Source of the DNA: Candidatus Nanohalobium sp.
Lineage (GTDB): Archaea; Nanohalarchaeota; Nanosalinia; Nanosalinales; Nanosalinaceae
NCBI GenBank assembly: GCA_042217545.1
Contig: JBDGSM010000024.1
Coordinates: 20,374 to 53,298 of the forward strand
DNA: 32,925 bases
Direction: 5' to 3'
The notes under the pieces were generated by a model, which was given only the letters and a program-made list of their open reading frames with translations, ran no database searches and was not told where the DNA came from. Position numbers and translations under genes: made by a program. Below are positions 9,348 to 17,768 of the stretch, in pieces; position 1 is the first letter of the stretch, and each line of letters opens with the position of its first letter.

Positions 9348-9751
9348 CTTTCCTTTCTTTCATTGAGTACCATGTAGGTCTCGGTGCTGTCAACTCCGTC
9401 GATACTCCTTATCTCATCCAGTACATCGTTGATTTCCTGGTTTGAAGGCCTTTCAACTTCCAGGATAAGGTCGTATCCTCCTGTTACCTCCTTTATCTGT
9501 ATCTGTCCTGGGAACTTTTTCAGGACCTGGTCTATGTCTTTTCCTGTCTCCAGTTTAACCATCACGACAGCTTTCGGGCCTGCTGTTCCTGTTTCGACCG
9601 AGAATTTTTCGATCACTCCGTCCTGCTTCATTTTCTCGACACGGTTTCTGACAGTGCCTTCGGAGACTCCTATCTCCTCGGCTATCTCTGTATAACTTGC
9701 TCTACCGTCTTTTCTCAGATACTTCAGGATCTTTTCGTTTTTCTCATCCAT
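9344..9751 (-). CDS. Lrp/AsnC family transcriptional regulator
   Basis: DGRASYTEIAEEIGVSEGTVRNRV HTH plus RAM domain (EVTGGYDL). Confidence 0.93.
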   Translation of the reverse strand: MDEKNEKILKYLRKDGRASYTEIAEEIGVSEGTVRNRVEKMKQDGVIEKFSVETGTAGPKAVVMVKLETGKDIDQVLKKFPGQIQIKEVTGGYDLILEVERPSNQEINDVLDEIRSIDGVDSTETYMVLNERKES

Positions 9752-9802
9752 GGTTTCGAATTTGAGAAGAATGATTAAGTATCTTTGCGGAAAAATTAGG
9801 CC

Positions 9803-10432
9803 TTACTCCTCAACCAGAAGGACTTCCTCCACTTCCTCTACCCCACCTTCGTCACCTATAGTAACTGAGAAGGCCTTTCCTGTCTCGTCTGCTGCTGCGT
9901 TGAGTACTTTGGTACCCATAAGTTCTCGCTCTCCGAAATCCTCGTGTACGTGGCCGTTCATCCACAGGGCTGGTTTGTGCTTGATGATAAGTTCTCTGAA
10001 CTGGTCGAATCCTATTCGCTTTCCACTGTGGATCTGGTCGCCAAGTTTTTTCGGCGGGTAATGTGAACCGATGATAACTTTCTCAGAGTCCACGTCTTCT
10101 ATCAGCTCCTCAACTTCCTGCTTGACATCCTCAGGGAACCTTCCCCCTATCAGGATAAGCTTGAACTCGTCGTCTATATCTGCTTCCAGAAAGTTGTAGA
10201 CAGGGACGTTGCTGTCAATGAACTCCTCGCTGAACATCATATCCCTGTTCCCTGTGCATCCGACAGCAGCGATCTCGACCTCTTCAAAAAGTTCCTCGGC
10301 GTACTCCTCACTCGTGTAGTCCCCAAGGTTCACAAACAGGTCGTAATCGCCCTTGTTAGCCTCCTTCACCGCTGCTTCCTTCAGATCCTTACTTGCGTGG
10401 AAGTCGCTGGTAACCAGGATTTTCAGTGTCAT
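9803..10432 (-). CDS. Calcineurin-like metallophosphoesterase
   Basis: SDFH, GDY, GNRD, SHYPP, GHVHE motifs. Confidence 0.9.
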   Translation of the reverse strand: MTLKILVTSDFHASKDLKEAAVKEANKGDYDLFVNLGDYTSEEYAEELFEEVEIAAVGCTGNRDMMFSEEFIDSNVPVYNFLEADIDDEFKLILIGGRFPEDVKQEVEELIEDVDSEKVIIGSHYPPKKLGDQIHSGKRIGFDQFRELIIKHKPALWMNGHVHEDFGERELMGTKVLNAAADETGKAFSVTIGDEGGVEEVEEVLLVEE

Positions 10433-10474
10433 AACTCTACAAAGGCCTCAAATCCTTTTAAACCTGAAATCTTT

Positions 10475-10804
10475 TCACTCCTCGTCCTCTACGTATTCAA
10501 GGGACTCAAGTCCATAGCTCATAGTAGCACCTGCTCTGACCTGGGCAGCGATCTGGATAACCTGGGCGACCTCTCTCTCCGAAGCACCGTGCGTGATCGC
10601 TTTCTGCCCATGAGTATGGACACAGTACTGGCATTGCGTCGCAGCGGCAGCAGCAAGCCCCATCAGTTCACGGGTCTTATCATCAAAGACTGCCTCATCA
10701 GCGATCGACTCCTTCCACTCCTTGTAGTAATCAGCTATGTCGCCAGAACCCTCGTTAAGCTTTCCAGCAGCTTTCATGTGGTCATCGTCAAAAGGTGAAG
10801 ACAT
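10475..10804 (-). CDS. Carboxymuconolactone decarboxylase / AhpD-like protein
   Basis: KTRELMGLAAAAATQCQYCVHTH (CxxC...H), GASEREV. Confidence 0.88.
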   Translation of the reverse strand: MSSPFDDDHMKAAGKLNEGSGDIADYYKEWKESIADEAVFDDKTRELMGLAAAAATQCQYCVHTHGQKAITHGASEREVAQVIQIAAQVRAGATMSYGLESLEYVEDEE

Positions 10805-10909
10805 TGTACTGCAAAACAGGTGTGTAAGGCCTGAATAAAAAAACCGGCCAGTTGAGGTCGAGAACACAGTTTCAGGTTTAAACCTGGAGAACCACAATCA
10901 ATCACAGGA

Positions 10910-12178
10910 ATGGACAGCGAGTCAAGGAAACAGGTCGAGAGAGCGAAAGAACTCCTGATGAACCAGCTCAAGGAAGGCCTCCAACCGGAGGACAGAATAA
11001 CCCTGACACTCGTCCTCTACGGCGAGAAAAACGGGGCATCAATAACTACGGACAGGCCCTCAAAACTGGAGTATTTCTGCGACCTGACAGGCCTTGAGTA
11101 CAGGAAAGCAAGTGAAAACAAGATCGGGAGCGAGTACCTTATCTCCTGTGACGAGGAGGAGATTCACCGGATCGAGTCGATGGGTGATTTCCTTGGCTAT
11201 CCTGACAGCGCCGTCGAATTCTTCAACGAGTACCAGGGCAACCGCCTGAACTGGAAGTATATCCAGTTCCTGGACGAGTTGCTGGACGAAGGAAAAGTTG
11301 AACGTGAAGAGCTACAGTACCTTTACCTCGTACAGTTTATACCGGAGCTCTCTGAGGAAAACGTGAGAGAGGCGCTGGAGATGGGTAAGGAACGGGAAGA
11401 ATCTATTAAGGGCAAGGACAGGAGTTCAGGCCTTGATATAGGCTCGGATATACTGGAAGAAGAGGTTTACTCAGCCCGTAACTTTGTGACTCAGCAAAAG
11501 ATCGAGATGCTGTACATAGACTTCATCATGACCTATGAGACCGGAGAGCTGGAGAACTACTTTCTTGAAGAGCTTCCCAGCGAGATCGGTTACGAGCACA
11601 GCTTTGATATACTGATGATGCTTACAGGTGAGAAACCCGGCAGCCTTGTCATGAGGCCGAAGCCAAAGCAGGTGCAGATGCTGAAACAGATGTGCGACGA
11701 ACTGGACCTCAGCTACAAGATCACAGGCGGAGACAAAAAATCACTGGTCGACAGGGTCCTGGGTATCGACAGAAGAACTTTTAAAGACGGTTTCTTTCTA
11801 TCCCGGGACGAAAAGGCCTTGAACAGACTGGAAGAATCCGAAGGCAAGTTCTACGGCTTCTCGGATAGAGGTGTCGGCGAATTCCTCGGCTATCCCCGCG
11901 ACTCCACCATCTACTACCAGAACAGCAGCGAACCGGCAACTGAAAAAACCCAGAAAAAGATCGAGGAACTCGCCGGAGACAAGATAGAAGAGGAAAGAAT
12001 CGAAAAACTCTGCTTCATCAGCTACGTACCCCGACCCGAAGAGGAAAACATACTCCGGGCCGTCAAAATCGGCGAGATGAGAGAAGAAAAGCTCAGAGAG
12101 ATGGATAAAGACCTTGAAACCAGTATAGGGGAAAAATACATTGAAGAAATCAAGGCCTCCGACTTCAATCTCTACTAG
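10910..12178 (+). CDS. Hypothetical protein made of two tandem homologous ~200-aa domains
   Basis: Paired motifs GEKNG/GEKPG, GDFLGYP/GEFLGYP, EENVREALEMGKEREE/EENILRAVKIGEMREE. Confidence 0.8.
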   Translation: MDSESRKQVERAKELLMNQLKEGLQPEDRITLTLVLYGEKNGASITTDRPSKLEYFCDLTGLEYRKASENKIGSEYLISCDEEEIHRIESMGDFLGYPDSAVEFFNEYQGNRLNWKYIQFLDELLDEGKVEREELQYLYLVQFIPELSEENVREALEMGKEREESIKGKDRSSGLDIGSDILEEEVYSARNFVTQQKIEMLYIDFIMTYETGELENYFLEELPSEIGYEHSFDILMMLTGEKPGSLVMRPKPKQVQMLKQMCDELDLSYKITGGDKKSLVDRVLGIDRRTFKDGFFLSRDEKALNRLEESEGKFYGFSDRGVGEFLGYPRDSTIYYQNSSEPATEKTQKKIEELAGDKIEEERIEKLCFISYVPRPEEENILRAVKIGEMREEKLREMDKDLETSIGEKYIEEIKASDFNLY

Positions 12179-12792
12179 AAACCGAAGTCGTCGTCACCGA
12201 AGTCAGAATCCCCGAAATCCGAGTTACCGAAGTCTCCACCACCAAGGCCTCCATTGTTCCCATTACCGTTGTTCTGAAAACCTTGTTGCTGCCTCTGCCC
12301 GCTATTCTGTTGCTGGATATTGTTCTCAATCTTTCTCTTGTACTCCTCGGGACCCTTAACACCGTTCAGGATTAAGGTCGTGCCATCATGCCCAGCAGTA
12401 TTCACCTTGATATCGCCGACATCGAAAATCCGCTCATTGAACTTCTTGTTCAACGTGACATCAGTAATATTGTTGTACATCGTGGATTCCGTCTTCTGAT
12501 TCAGAATACCGCGTCTCATAATCACCTGCTGGTTCGTAATATAGTACTGCACGAAACGCCTCTGTACCTCAGACTTCAGCACTACCGCAACAGGCAAAAG
12601 TAGCAGAACCAGGAAATAAATACTGCTGATATTCAGGCCTAAAAGGCCAGGAGTTAACGCCAGGGCAATGATACCGACGAAAAGCAGAGATGCCACAATG
12701 TAATGCCCGATAAACTTCGTATCCAGCATCGAAGGACTGGTCTTAACTTCAACCTGCTCACCCTGAGTCAACAACTCCTGAATATCCGACAT
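12175..12792 (-). CDS. Membrane protein with bacterial PH (bPH_2) domain and low-complexity tail
   Basis: Two TM helices, then YYITNQQVIMRRGIL...ERIFDVGDI.VNTAG. Confidence 0.85.
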   Translation of the reverse strand: MSDIQELLTQGEQVEVKTSPSMLDTKFIGHYIVASLLFVGIIALALTPGLLGLNISSIYFLVLLLLPVAVVLKSEVQRRFVQYYITNQQVIMRRGILNQKTESTMYNNITDVTLNKKFNERIFDVGDIKVNTAGHDGTTLILNGVKGPEEYKRKIENNIQQQNSGQRQQQGFQNNGNGNNGGLGGGDFGNSDFGDSDFGDDDFGF

Positions 12793-12899
12793 AACCAGAA
12801 ATTACCCAAGGCCTGTAATAAAACCTTTCCAGAACGCTTCACACCTACCAGACAAAAACAAAGACGGAGCCAGAAGGCCTTCTCAATGATCTCAAAAAC

Positions 12900-13256
12900 T
12901 CAGGCCTCGTAATCCTCTTCCAGGTTCCCGGAAACCTCACCGTATTCATAGATGGTAATACCGTCTTTCTCTATCTTCACAACCGGTTCAGGACCCTGAT
13001 CTTCACTGGAGGCCTTTCTTCCAGCGATCTTTCTACCTGATCTTTCCCCGAACTTCTGGGCTTCCTCGGCTTTTCTCCGAATACCTCTCTTGACGCTCTG
13101 CTTTGTATCTCTCCAGACATTTCTGGCTGTTTCAGCTGCCTTCTCTTTAGCCATCTCCTTGGCTTTCTGCTTGGCCTCCTCAACCTCTCCTTCTCTCTTC
13201 ATCCGTCTCCACTCCTTCTCCGCCTCGCTGAGCAGCTCGTCCACATCGTAATCCAT
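12900..13256 (-). CDS. Hypothetical charged helical protein
   Basis: 118-aa ORF with ATG start filling the gap; K/E/A-rich. Confidence 0.65.
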   Translation of the reverse strand: MDYDVDELLSEAEKEWRRMKREGEVEEAKQKAKEMAKEKAAETARNVWRDTKQSVKRGIRRKAEEAQKFGERSGRKIAGRKASSEDQGPEPVVKIEKDGITIYEYGEVSGNLEEDYEA

Positions 13257-13370
13257 AACAGAACAACCCTCCGCATTAGCTGACCTCCAAGAAGAAAATA
13301 CCTCTCAATCCGTTAAACAAAAAGTTATACAGAGCTATATGCGGTCAAATCTGGTGAAGATGGAACAGAA

Positions 13371-13386
13371 TGGACTCTTCGGGATT
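13371..13386 (-). repeat. 16-bp exact copy of the tRNA-Ala(CGC) 3' end
   Basis: tggactcttcgggatt is identical to 13435-13450. Confidence 0.85.
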
Positions 13387-13434
13387 AGAAGATCGATGAA
13401 TCTTCTTGACCTGATTCTTCATATCCTCTGGATA

Positions 13435-13584
13435 TGGACTCTTCGGGATTTGAACCCGAGGCCTTCTCCTAACTCTGCCCTAGTAACGCTTCTGGGAGGC
13501 ATTCTTTAGAATGCCTTATTGCGCGCCGCCGTAGCGTAACAGGGCGTGCGAGGGAGGCGTTCTGCCAAACTGAACTAAGAGCCC
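13435..13584 (-). tRNA. tRNA-Ala(CGC) with 76-nt intron (13471-13546) at position 37/38
   Basis: Exons closely match tRNA-Ala(GGC); anticodon CGC at 13548-13550; intron ends pair (GCCCTG/TAGGGC) to give a BHB-like junction. Confidence 0.9.
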
Positions 13585-13608
13585 TACAAAGTACGCATAC
13601 ATCAGGAT

Positions 13609-14016
13609 TTAAGAATCAACGTACTCCGAACGCAGACGGTCAAGGAAGGCCTCAGCAGTTTCACGGTCTGGAAAAAAGGCGAGATGTGAATTACAGCTGC
13701 AATCAGTTGATCCGAAGGCCTCTACTTTTTCATCGGCTTCACCTGCAAGGTCACATTCGATATCTTTCTCCGGGAACTTCAACGCTTCCAAGAGTTCTGA
13801 GGACTCGAGGCCTGTCAGGTAGTCGATATGCCAGTGCTTCACGTCTCGTTTTCCTGAGGAGACTTCTCTGTGTCTCTGTACTCTTTTGAGGCCTCCTGTT
13901 CCAAAGGCACTGCCGAAGTAGATGTAGAATCCTTTTTCAAGGTGTTTAGGGCCTGTACCGAGTTCGATTTTTGTGTCTTCTTCAAGTTCGATGAGAAGTG
14001 TGTAACTGCCTTTCAT
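13609..14016 (-). CDS. DUF123 / GIY-YIG (Uri) superfamily endonuclease
   Basis: KGSYTL, GFYIYFGSA, HWHIDYL, EC, FGSTDCSCNSHL. Confidence 0.88.
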   Translation of the reverse strand: MKGSYTLLIELEEDTKIELGTGPKHLEKGFYIYFGSAFGTGGLKRVQRHREVSSGKRDVKHWHIDYLTGLESSELLEALKFPEKDIECDLAGEADEKVEAFGSTDCSCNSHLAFFPDRETAEAFLDRLRSEYVDS

Positions 14017-15020
14017 TCTACCGCCTTGTATTTGCGCCAGCGGCCTTCCCCCTCCGAGTTAACAAGGTTGTAGTGGTCCATCTTCTGCAGGTATTTTCTC
14101 AGCATCCTGTCGCTCTTCGGATCATCAACTGCTTCCCGGTACTTTTCATACAGATCGCCTGGCTTGATCTCTTCTTCCTCGTTCACGATCTCGTACAGCG
14201 TTTCCTGATGCTTATTCAGCTTCTCCTCATTCTTCTTCCTGTTGTTGTCCTTCGCCTCGGGAACTGCTTTCTGGATCATATCTCGACTGATCTCCCGGCT
14301 ATCCTTTTCCTCCGCCCTCCTCGCCGCGGAACGCAGGACGCCGATCGCTATACGTGCATCTCCCTCGGAAGACAGTGCTATCTTCTTGATACGGGATGAG
14401 TCGATCGCAGATGAGTCAAGACCCCATCCAGCACGGTCCATAAGTATATCCTGCAGCTGGTCGCTGGTGTAGGCCTTGAACCGGATCCTCTTCGAGTCTA
14501 TAAGTCTGCTTCTGACCCTGTCGTCCATGTTGTAAAACACGCTTTCCTCAGTGTTCGCTATCATCACGATATGTACGTTTTCAAGGCCTTGCAGGTCATA
14601 AAGTACTTTTTCATCTTCTAACTGGTCGACCTCGTCAAGTATCAGCACGTACGGTGCGCGGTCGTAGGCCTTGAGCTTGGAGTAGAGTTCATCTGTAGGT
14701 GTGGACTGCCTGTGTACGTGTAGAGTTTTTCCGATGCCTTCCAGCGCTTTGTAAAGGACTTTGAACCTGTTGTAGTTCTCCCAGCAGTTGATGTACATGT
14801 AGTTGAAGTCCAGTAGCTCCTCCTCCAGTTTATCCATCACGTACTGGGAAATACAGGTCTTTCCCGTTCCTGGAGGTCCATACAATAGGAGGTTCCTGGC
14901 CTGCTCTCCCTCAACTAGAGGCTCAAGAGATCTTGAAAGCTCCTGCACCTCCGAGTCCCTGTGGACAACTTCCTGCGGGATAAAGTCATCGCGGAGAACA
15001 CGGGCGTCCTGAACAATCAT
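14013..15020 (-). CDS. cdc6: Orc1/Cdc6 family initiator (short haloarchaeal-type paralog)
   Basis: DARVL...P.EVVHRD, Walker A GPPGTGKT, Walker B LDEVD, RVRSR, GDARIAI, C-terminal winged helix. Confidence 0.93.
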   Translation of the reverse strand: MIVQDARVLRDDFIPQEVVHRDSEVQELSRSLEPLVEGEQARNLLLYGPPGTGKTCISQYVMDKLEEELLDFNYMYINCWENYNRFKVLYKALEGIGKTLHVHRQSTPTDELYSKLKAYDRAPYVLILDEVDQLEDEKVLYDLQGLENVHIVMIANTEESVFYNMDDRVRSRLIDSKRIRFKAYTSDQLQDILMDRAGWGLDSSAIDSSRIKKIALSSEGDARIAIGVLRSAARRAEEKDSREISRDMIQKAVPEAKDNNRKKNEEKLNKHQETLYEIVNEEEEIKPGDLYEKYREAVDDPKSDRMLRKYLQKMDHYNLVNSEGEGRWRKYKAVE

Positions 15021-15223
15021 ATTCAAAGTCTTACACCTCAAATCTTAAGGGAATTTCGCCAATTCCGGTAGAAAAATTGATGCTTCATGGGAGGCCTTTA
15101 CCCGGTGACCCGGGTGTACGACCTCCTCAGCTTTATGGCGAACCTCCGCCGGAATCCGGGCGGAGCTTGATCGGGATCCCCAGGCAGGCCTTCAAGGCTC
15201 CGAAACTCCCGAGCTTTCATCTT

Positions 15224-15298
15224 ACTCCCCCTCCAGTCTCGAGCTGAAGGCCTCAAATGCTGTTTTCCTGTTTTGTGTGAAAGTCAACTCCCCCTCCA
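15224..15298. repeat. 12-bp direct repeat ACTCCCCCTCCA (G-strings on minus strand) upstream of cdc6
   Basis: Copies at 15224-15235 and 15287-15298; also TTCCGGTAGA at 15063 and 15379. Confidence 0.6.
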
Positions 15299-15429
15299 TT
15301 TTTGTCATCTGTTATCTCACCCTCTAACCCATTATTCGCACCCCCTATTAAAAATGAAAAGTGGCAGCCTTCCGGCATTTCCGGTAGAGTGCAGTAACGA
15401 GTAAAAACCGCGAGGCCTGTTCCAAAGTT

Positions 15430-16224
15430 ATGACGGAGATACCGAAGCTGGGGCTTGGAACCTGGCAGAACTCAGATCCTGAAGAATGCAGAAACTCGGT
15501 AAAAACCGCTCTTGAGATGGGCTACAGACATATCGACACTGCCCAGGCCTATGACAACGAGGAGTACGTCGGTGAAGGCCTCGAAGCCGCGGATGTTGAA
15601 CGTGAGGATTTCTTCCTGGCGTCAAAGGTCTGGATCAACAATCTATCCGCTGAAAAGGTGAAATCATCGACTGAGGAAAGCCTGAAGAAGCTTGGCGTCG
15701 ATTCCGTGGACCTGATGTACGTTCACTGGCCTTCAGGCGACTACCAGGCCGAGGAGACTCTTGGCGCCTTCAAAGAGCTTGTGAAGGAGGGAAAAATTGA
15801 TAATATCGGTATCAGCAATTTCAGGCCTGATCAGGTCGATGAGGCCATGGAGATCGCCGGCGAACAGATTGCTGCGAACCAGGTGGAGATGCATCCGTTG
15901 CTTCAGCAGGAGGAACTGCTTGAGAAATGCAGGGAACACGGTATCACTCTTGTGGCTTACTCGCCGCTAGCCAGGGGGAAGGTTTTCGAGATCCCGGAGT
16001 TACGTGAGATCGCGGAGAAACACGATGTTTCGCCTGCGCAGGTTTCTCTGGCGTGGCTGATGCAGAAGGATGGGGTTGCCGTGATTCCGAAGGCAAGCAG
16101 TGAAGAACACATCAGGGACAACTTTGAATCACAGGAGCTTGACCTAGATGAAGAAGACGTGGATAGGATAGAAGGCCTTGAACGTGAGGAGAGACTGGTA
16201 GATCCAGGTTTCGCACCCTGGTAA
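15430..16224 (+). CDS. Aldo/keto reductase
   Basis: LGLGTW, GYRHIDTAQAY, SKVW, VHWP, IGISNF, AYSPL, IPKAS. Confidence 0.95.
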   Translation: MTEIPKLGLGTWQNSDPEECRNSVKTALEMGYRHIDTAQAYDNEEYVGEGLEAADVEREDFFLASKVWINNLSAEKVKSSTEESLKKLGVDSVDLMYVHWPSGDYQAEETLGAFKELVKEGKIDNIGISNFRPDQVDEAMEIAGEQIAANQVEMHPLLQQEELLEKCREHGITLVAYSPLARGKVFEIPELREIAEKHDVSPAQVSLAWLMQKDGVAVIPKASSEEHIRDNFESQELDLDEEDVDRIEGLEREERLVDPGFAPW

Positions 16225-16229
16225 GGTCC

Positions 16230-16595
16230 CTATTCTTCCTCGTCTTTCCCCTGTTCAGTATGTCTTTCTTTTTCTTCGTGGACGACCTGTGAGATCTTTC
16301 TCATGAAGAGGACGAATCCGATTATCATTGTGATGCCCCCGAGCTCGGAGAAGTAGCTTAATGCTTCGTTTTGCTCAAGCAGTGCGAAGGCTCCCACAAG
16401 CGAACCAGCAGAGAAAATTGTTGCTGCCGCGGAAAGGTTTCTGAAGGCCTCCGGCACACCGTCTTTGAGTACGAGTTTAGTTGCTGCGAGATCTCTGTCG
16501 TCCCAGAACGCCTTGAGAACCTTGTAGTTGTAGTAAAGAATTGCTGCCGTGGTGACTGCGGCCAGTAGGCCGAAGACTGTAAGCGGAGTGTTCAC
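16230..16595 (-). CDS. Small 3-TM membrane protein, type B copy 2
   Basis: Paralog of 16966-17367 (YYN...ATKLV...YFSELG...FMRKIS); GTG start overlaps upstream TGA. Confidence 0.8.
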   Translation of the reverse strand: MNTPLTVFGLLAAVTTAAILYYNYKVLKAFWDDRDLAATKLVLKDGVPEAFRNLSAAATIFSAGSLVGAFALLEQNEALSYFSELGGITMIIGFVLFMRKISQVVHEEKERHTEQGKDEEE

Positions 16596-16915
16596 CGGGA
16601 TATCACCCACATCCTGAGCACTCCGTACGCAATCATTGAGAGGAACAGTATCAGGAGGACTCTTGCGGAGTCCATAAGATATACCGCGTCTGTCAGGCCT
16701 GCGATAACGTAGGTGATGAATGTTCCTAGCAGGAGGATTTCAGCGATGAAAAACAGGACGAAATCGTGGTAGGTCTGATCGGATCTGAGCTTGAAACGGG
16801 TCATAACAGAGTCCTTGTTCTCCCTGATGTTGAGGAACAGCCTTCCAGCTCCCAATCCTATAAGCGCTGCCAGTACGGCAACCGAGAACTCGAAGACCAG
16901 GTGGAACGTTGCCAT
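16592..16915 (-). CDS. Small 3-TM membrane protein, type A copy 2
   Basis: Paralog of 17364-17687 (FKL.SD.T..DF...YGVLRMW). Confidence 0.8.
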   Translation of the reverse strand: MATFHLVFEFSVAVLAALIGLGAGRLFLNIRENKDSVMTRFKLRSDQTYHDFVLFFIAEILLLGTFITYVIAGLTDAVYLMDSARVLLILFLSMIAYGVLRMWVISR

Positions 16916-16965
16916 TAACTGCGAGGTTTTCCCGGGATGTTGATATATTTTTCTAGCAAAAATTC

Positions 16966-17367
16966 TTACTCCTTATCCTCTTCGTCTTCTTCGGAGTCCT
17001 TATCTTCTCGATCGTCGGATTCGTCTTCAAGTTCCGTCTCCTCTCCTTCGTTGACCGCGTCGGAAATCCTTTTCATGAACGTAAGAAGGCCTGCAAGCAT
17101 GGTCAGCACGCCGAGCTCGGAGAAGTATCCGAAGACCTTGACATCCATTATCAGGGTGCCTGCACCGAGAAACGAGGCCAGGGAAAAGAACAGCGATGAG
17201 ATCGATAGGACCATGAAGGCATCAGGGATCTGCTTTTTTATCACCAGCTTCGTAGCTGTAAGCTCCTTGTTCTCCCGGAACTTCCTTACAATCCTCAGAT
17301 TGTAATAGAATATTGCCAGCGACATGATGGCCGAGACAGAAGCGAAAAGTGCGATTTCGGGCCTCAT
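16966..17367 (-). CDS. Small 3-TM membrane protein, type B copy 1, with acidic tail
   Basis: ATGA overlap with the upstream gene; paralog of 16230-16595. Confidence 0.8.
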   Translation of the reverse strand: MRPEIALFASVSAIMSLAIFYYNLRIVRKFRENKELTATKLVIKKQIPDAFMVLSISSLFFSLASFLGAGTLIMDVKVFGYFSELGVLTMLAGLLTFMKRISDAVNEGEETELEDESDDREDKDSEEDEEDKE

Positions 17368-17687
17368 CTGGAACGCCACCACATCCTGAGAACCCCGTAA
17401 GTGATTACTCCGAGGAAACCTACGATTTGGATGCGTGAGAACAGTATCAATGCCAGGCTACTGGTAAAGGCGCCGATAGCGTATATAATAAACGTCAGGA
17501 AGAGGAAAAGGTCTCCGACAAGATAAGCGAAGAAATCATAACGGGTCAGATCGGATTTAAGCTTGAAAGATGTCAGAACAGTCTCTGAATCCTCCTTTAT
17601 GTTCCAGTAAAGCTTGCTGGCGGACATGCTTATCACAGCAGCAGTCAACGCGGTGCTGAGCTTGATCAGTACGTTAAGTTCCATCAT
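17364..17687 (-). CDS. Small 3-TM membrane protein, type A copy 1
   Basis: Three hydrophobic segments; paralog of 16592-16915. Confidence 0.8.
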   Translation of the reverse strand: MMELNVLIKLSTALTAAVISMSASKLYWNIKEDSETVLTSFKLKSDLTRYDFFAYLVGDLFLFLTFIIYAIGAFTSSLALILFSRIQIVGFLGVITYGVLRMWWRSR

Positions 17688-17768
17688 CGTCCACAAAGAT
17701 TATTGAAGGCTTTCAGTTGATAAAGGTTCACATAACCAGAAATCGATACTGAAGGCCCTTCTCACAGC

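Noticed and set aside
15088..15215. 5S rRNA, SRP RNA, RNase P RNA, hammerhead or fluoride riboswitch
   Set aside because: Only fragments match (CTGAGGA, GTTCGCCATAAA, ATCCCGA); the required partner motifs are absent
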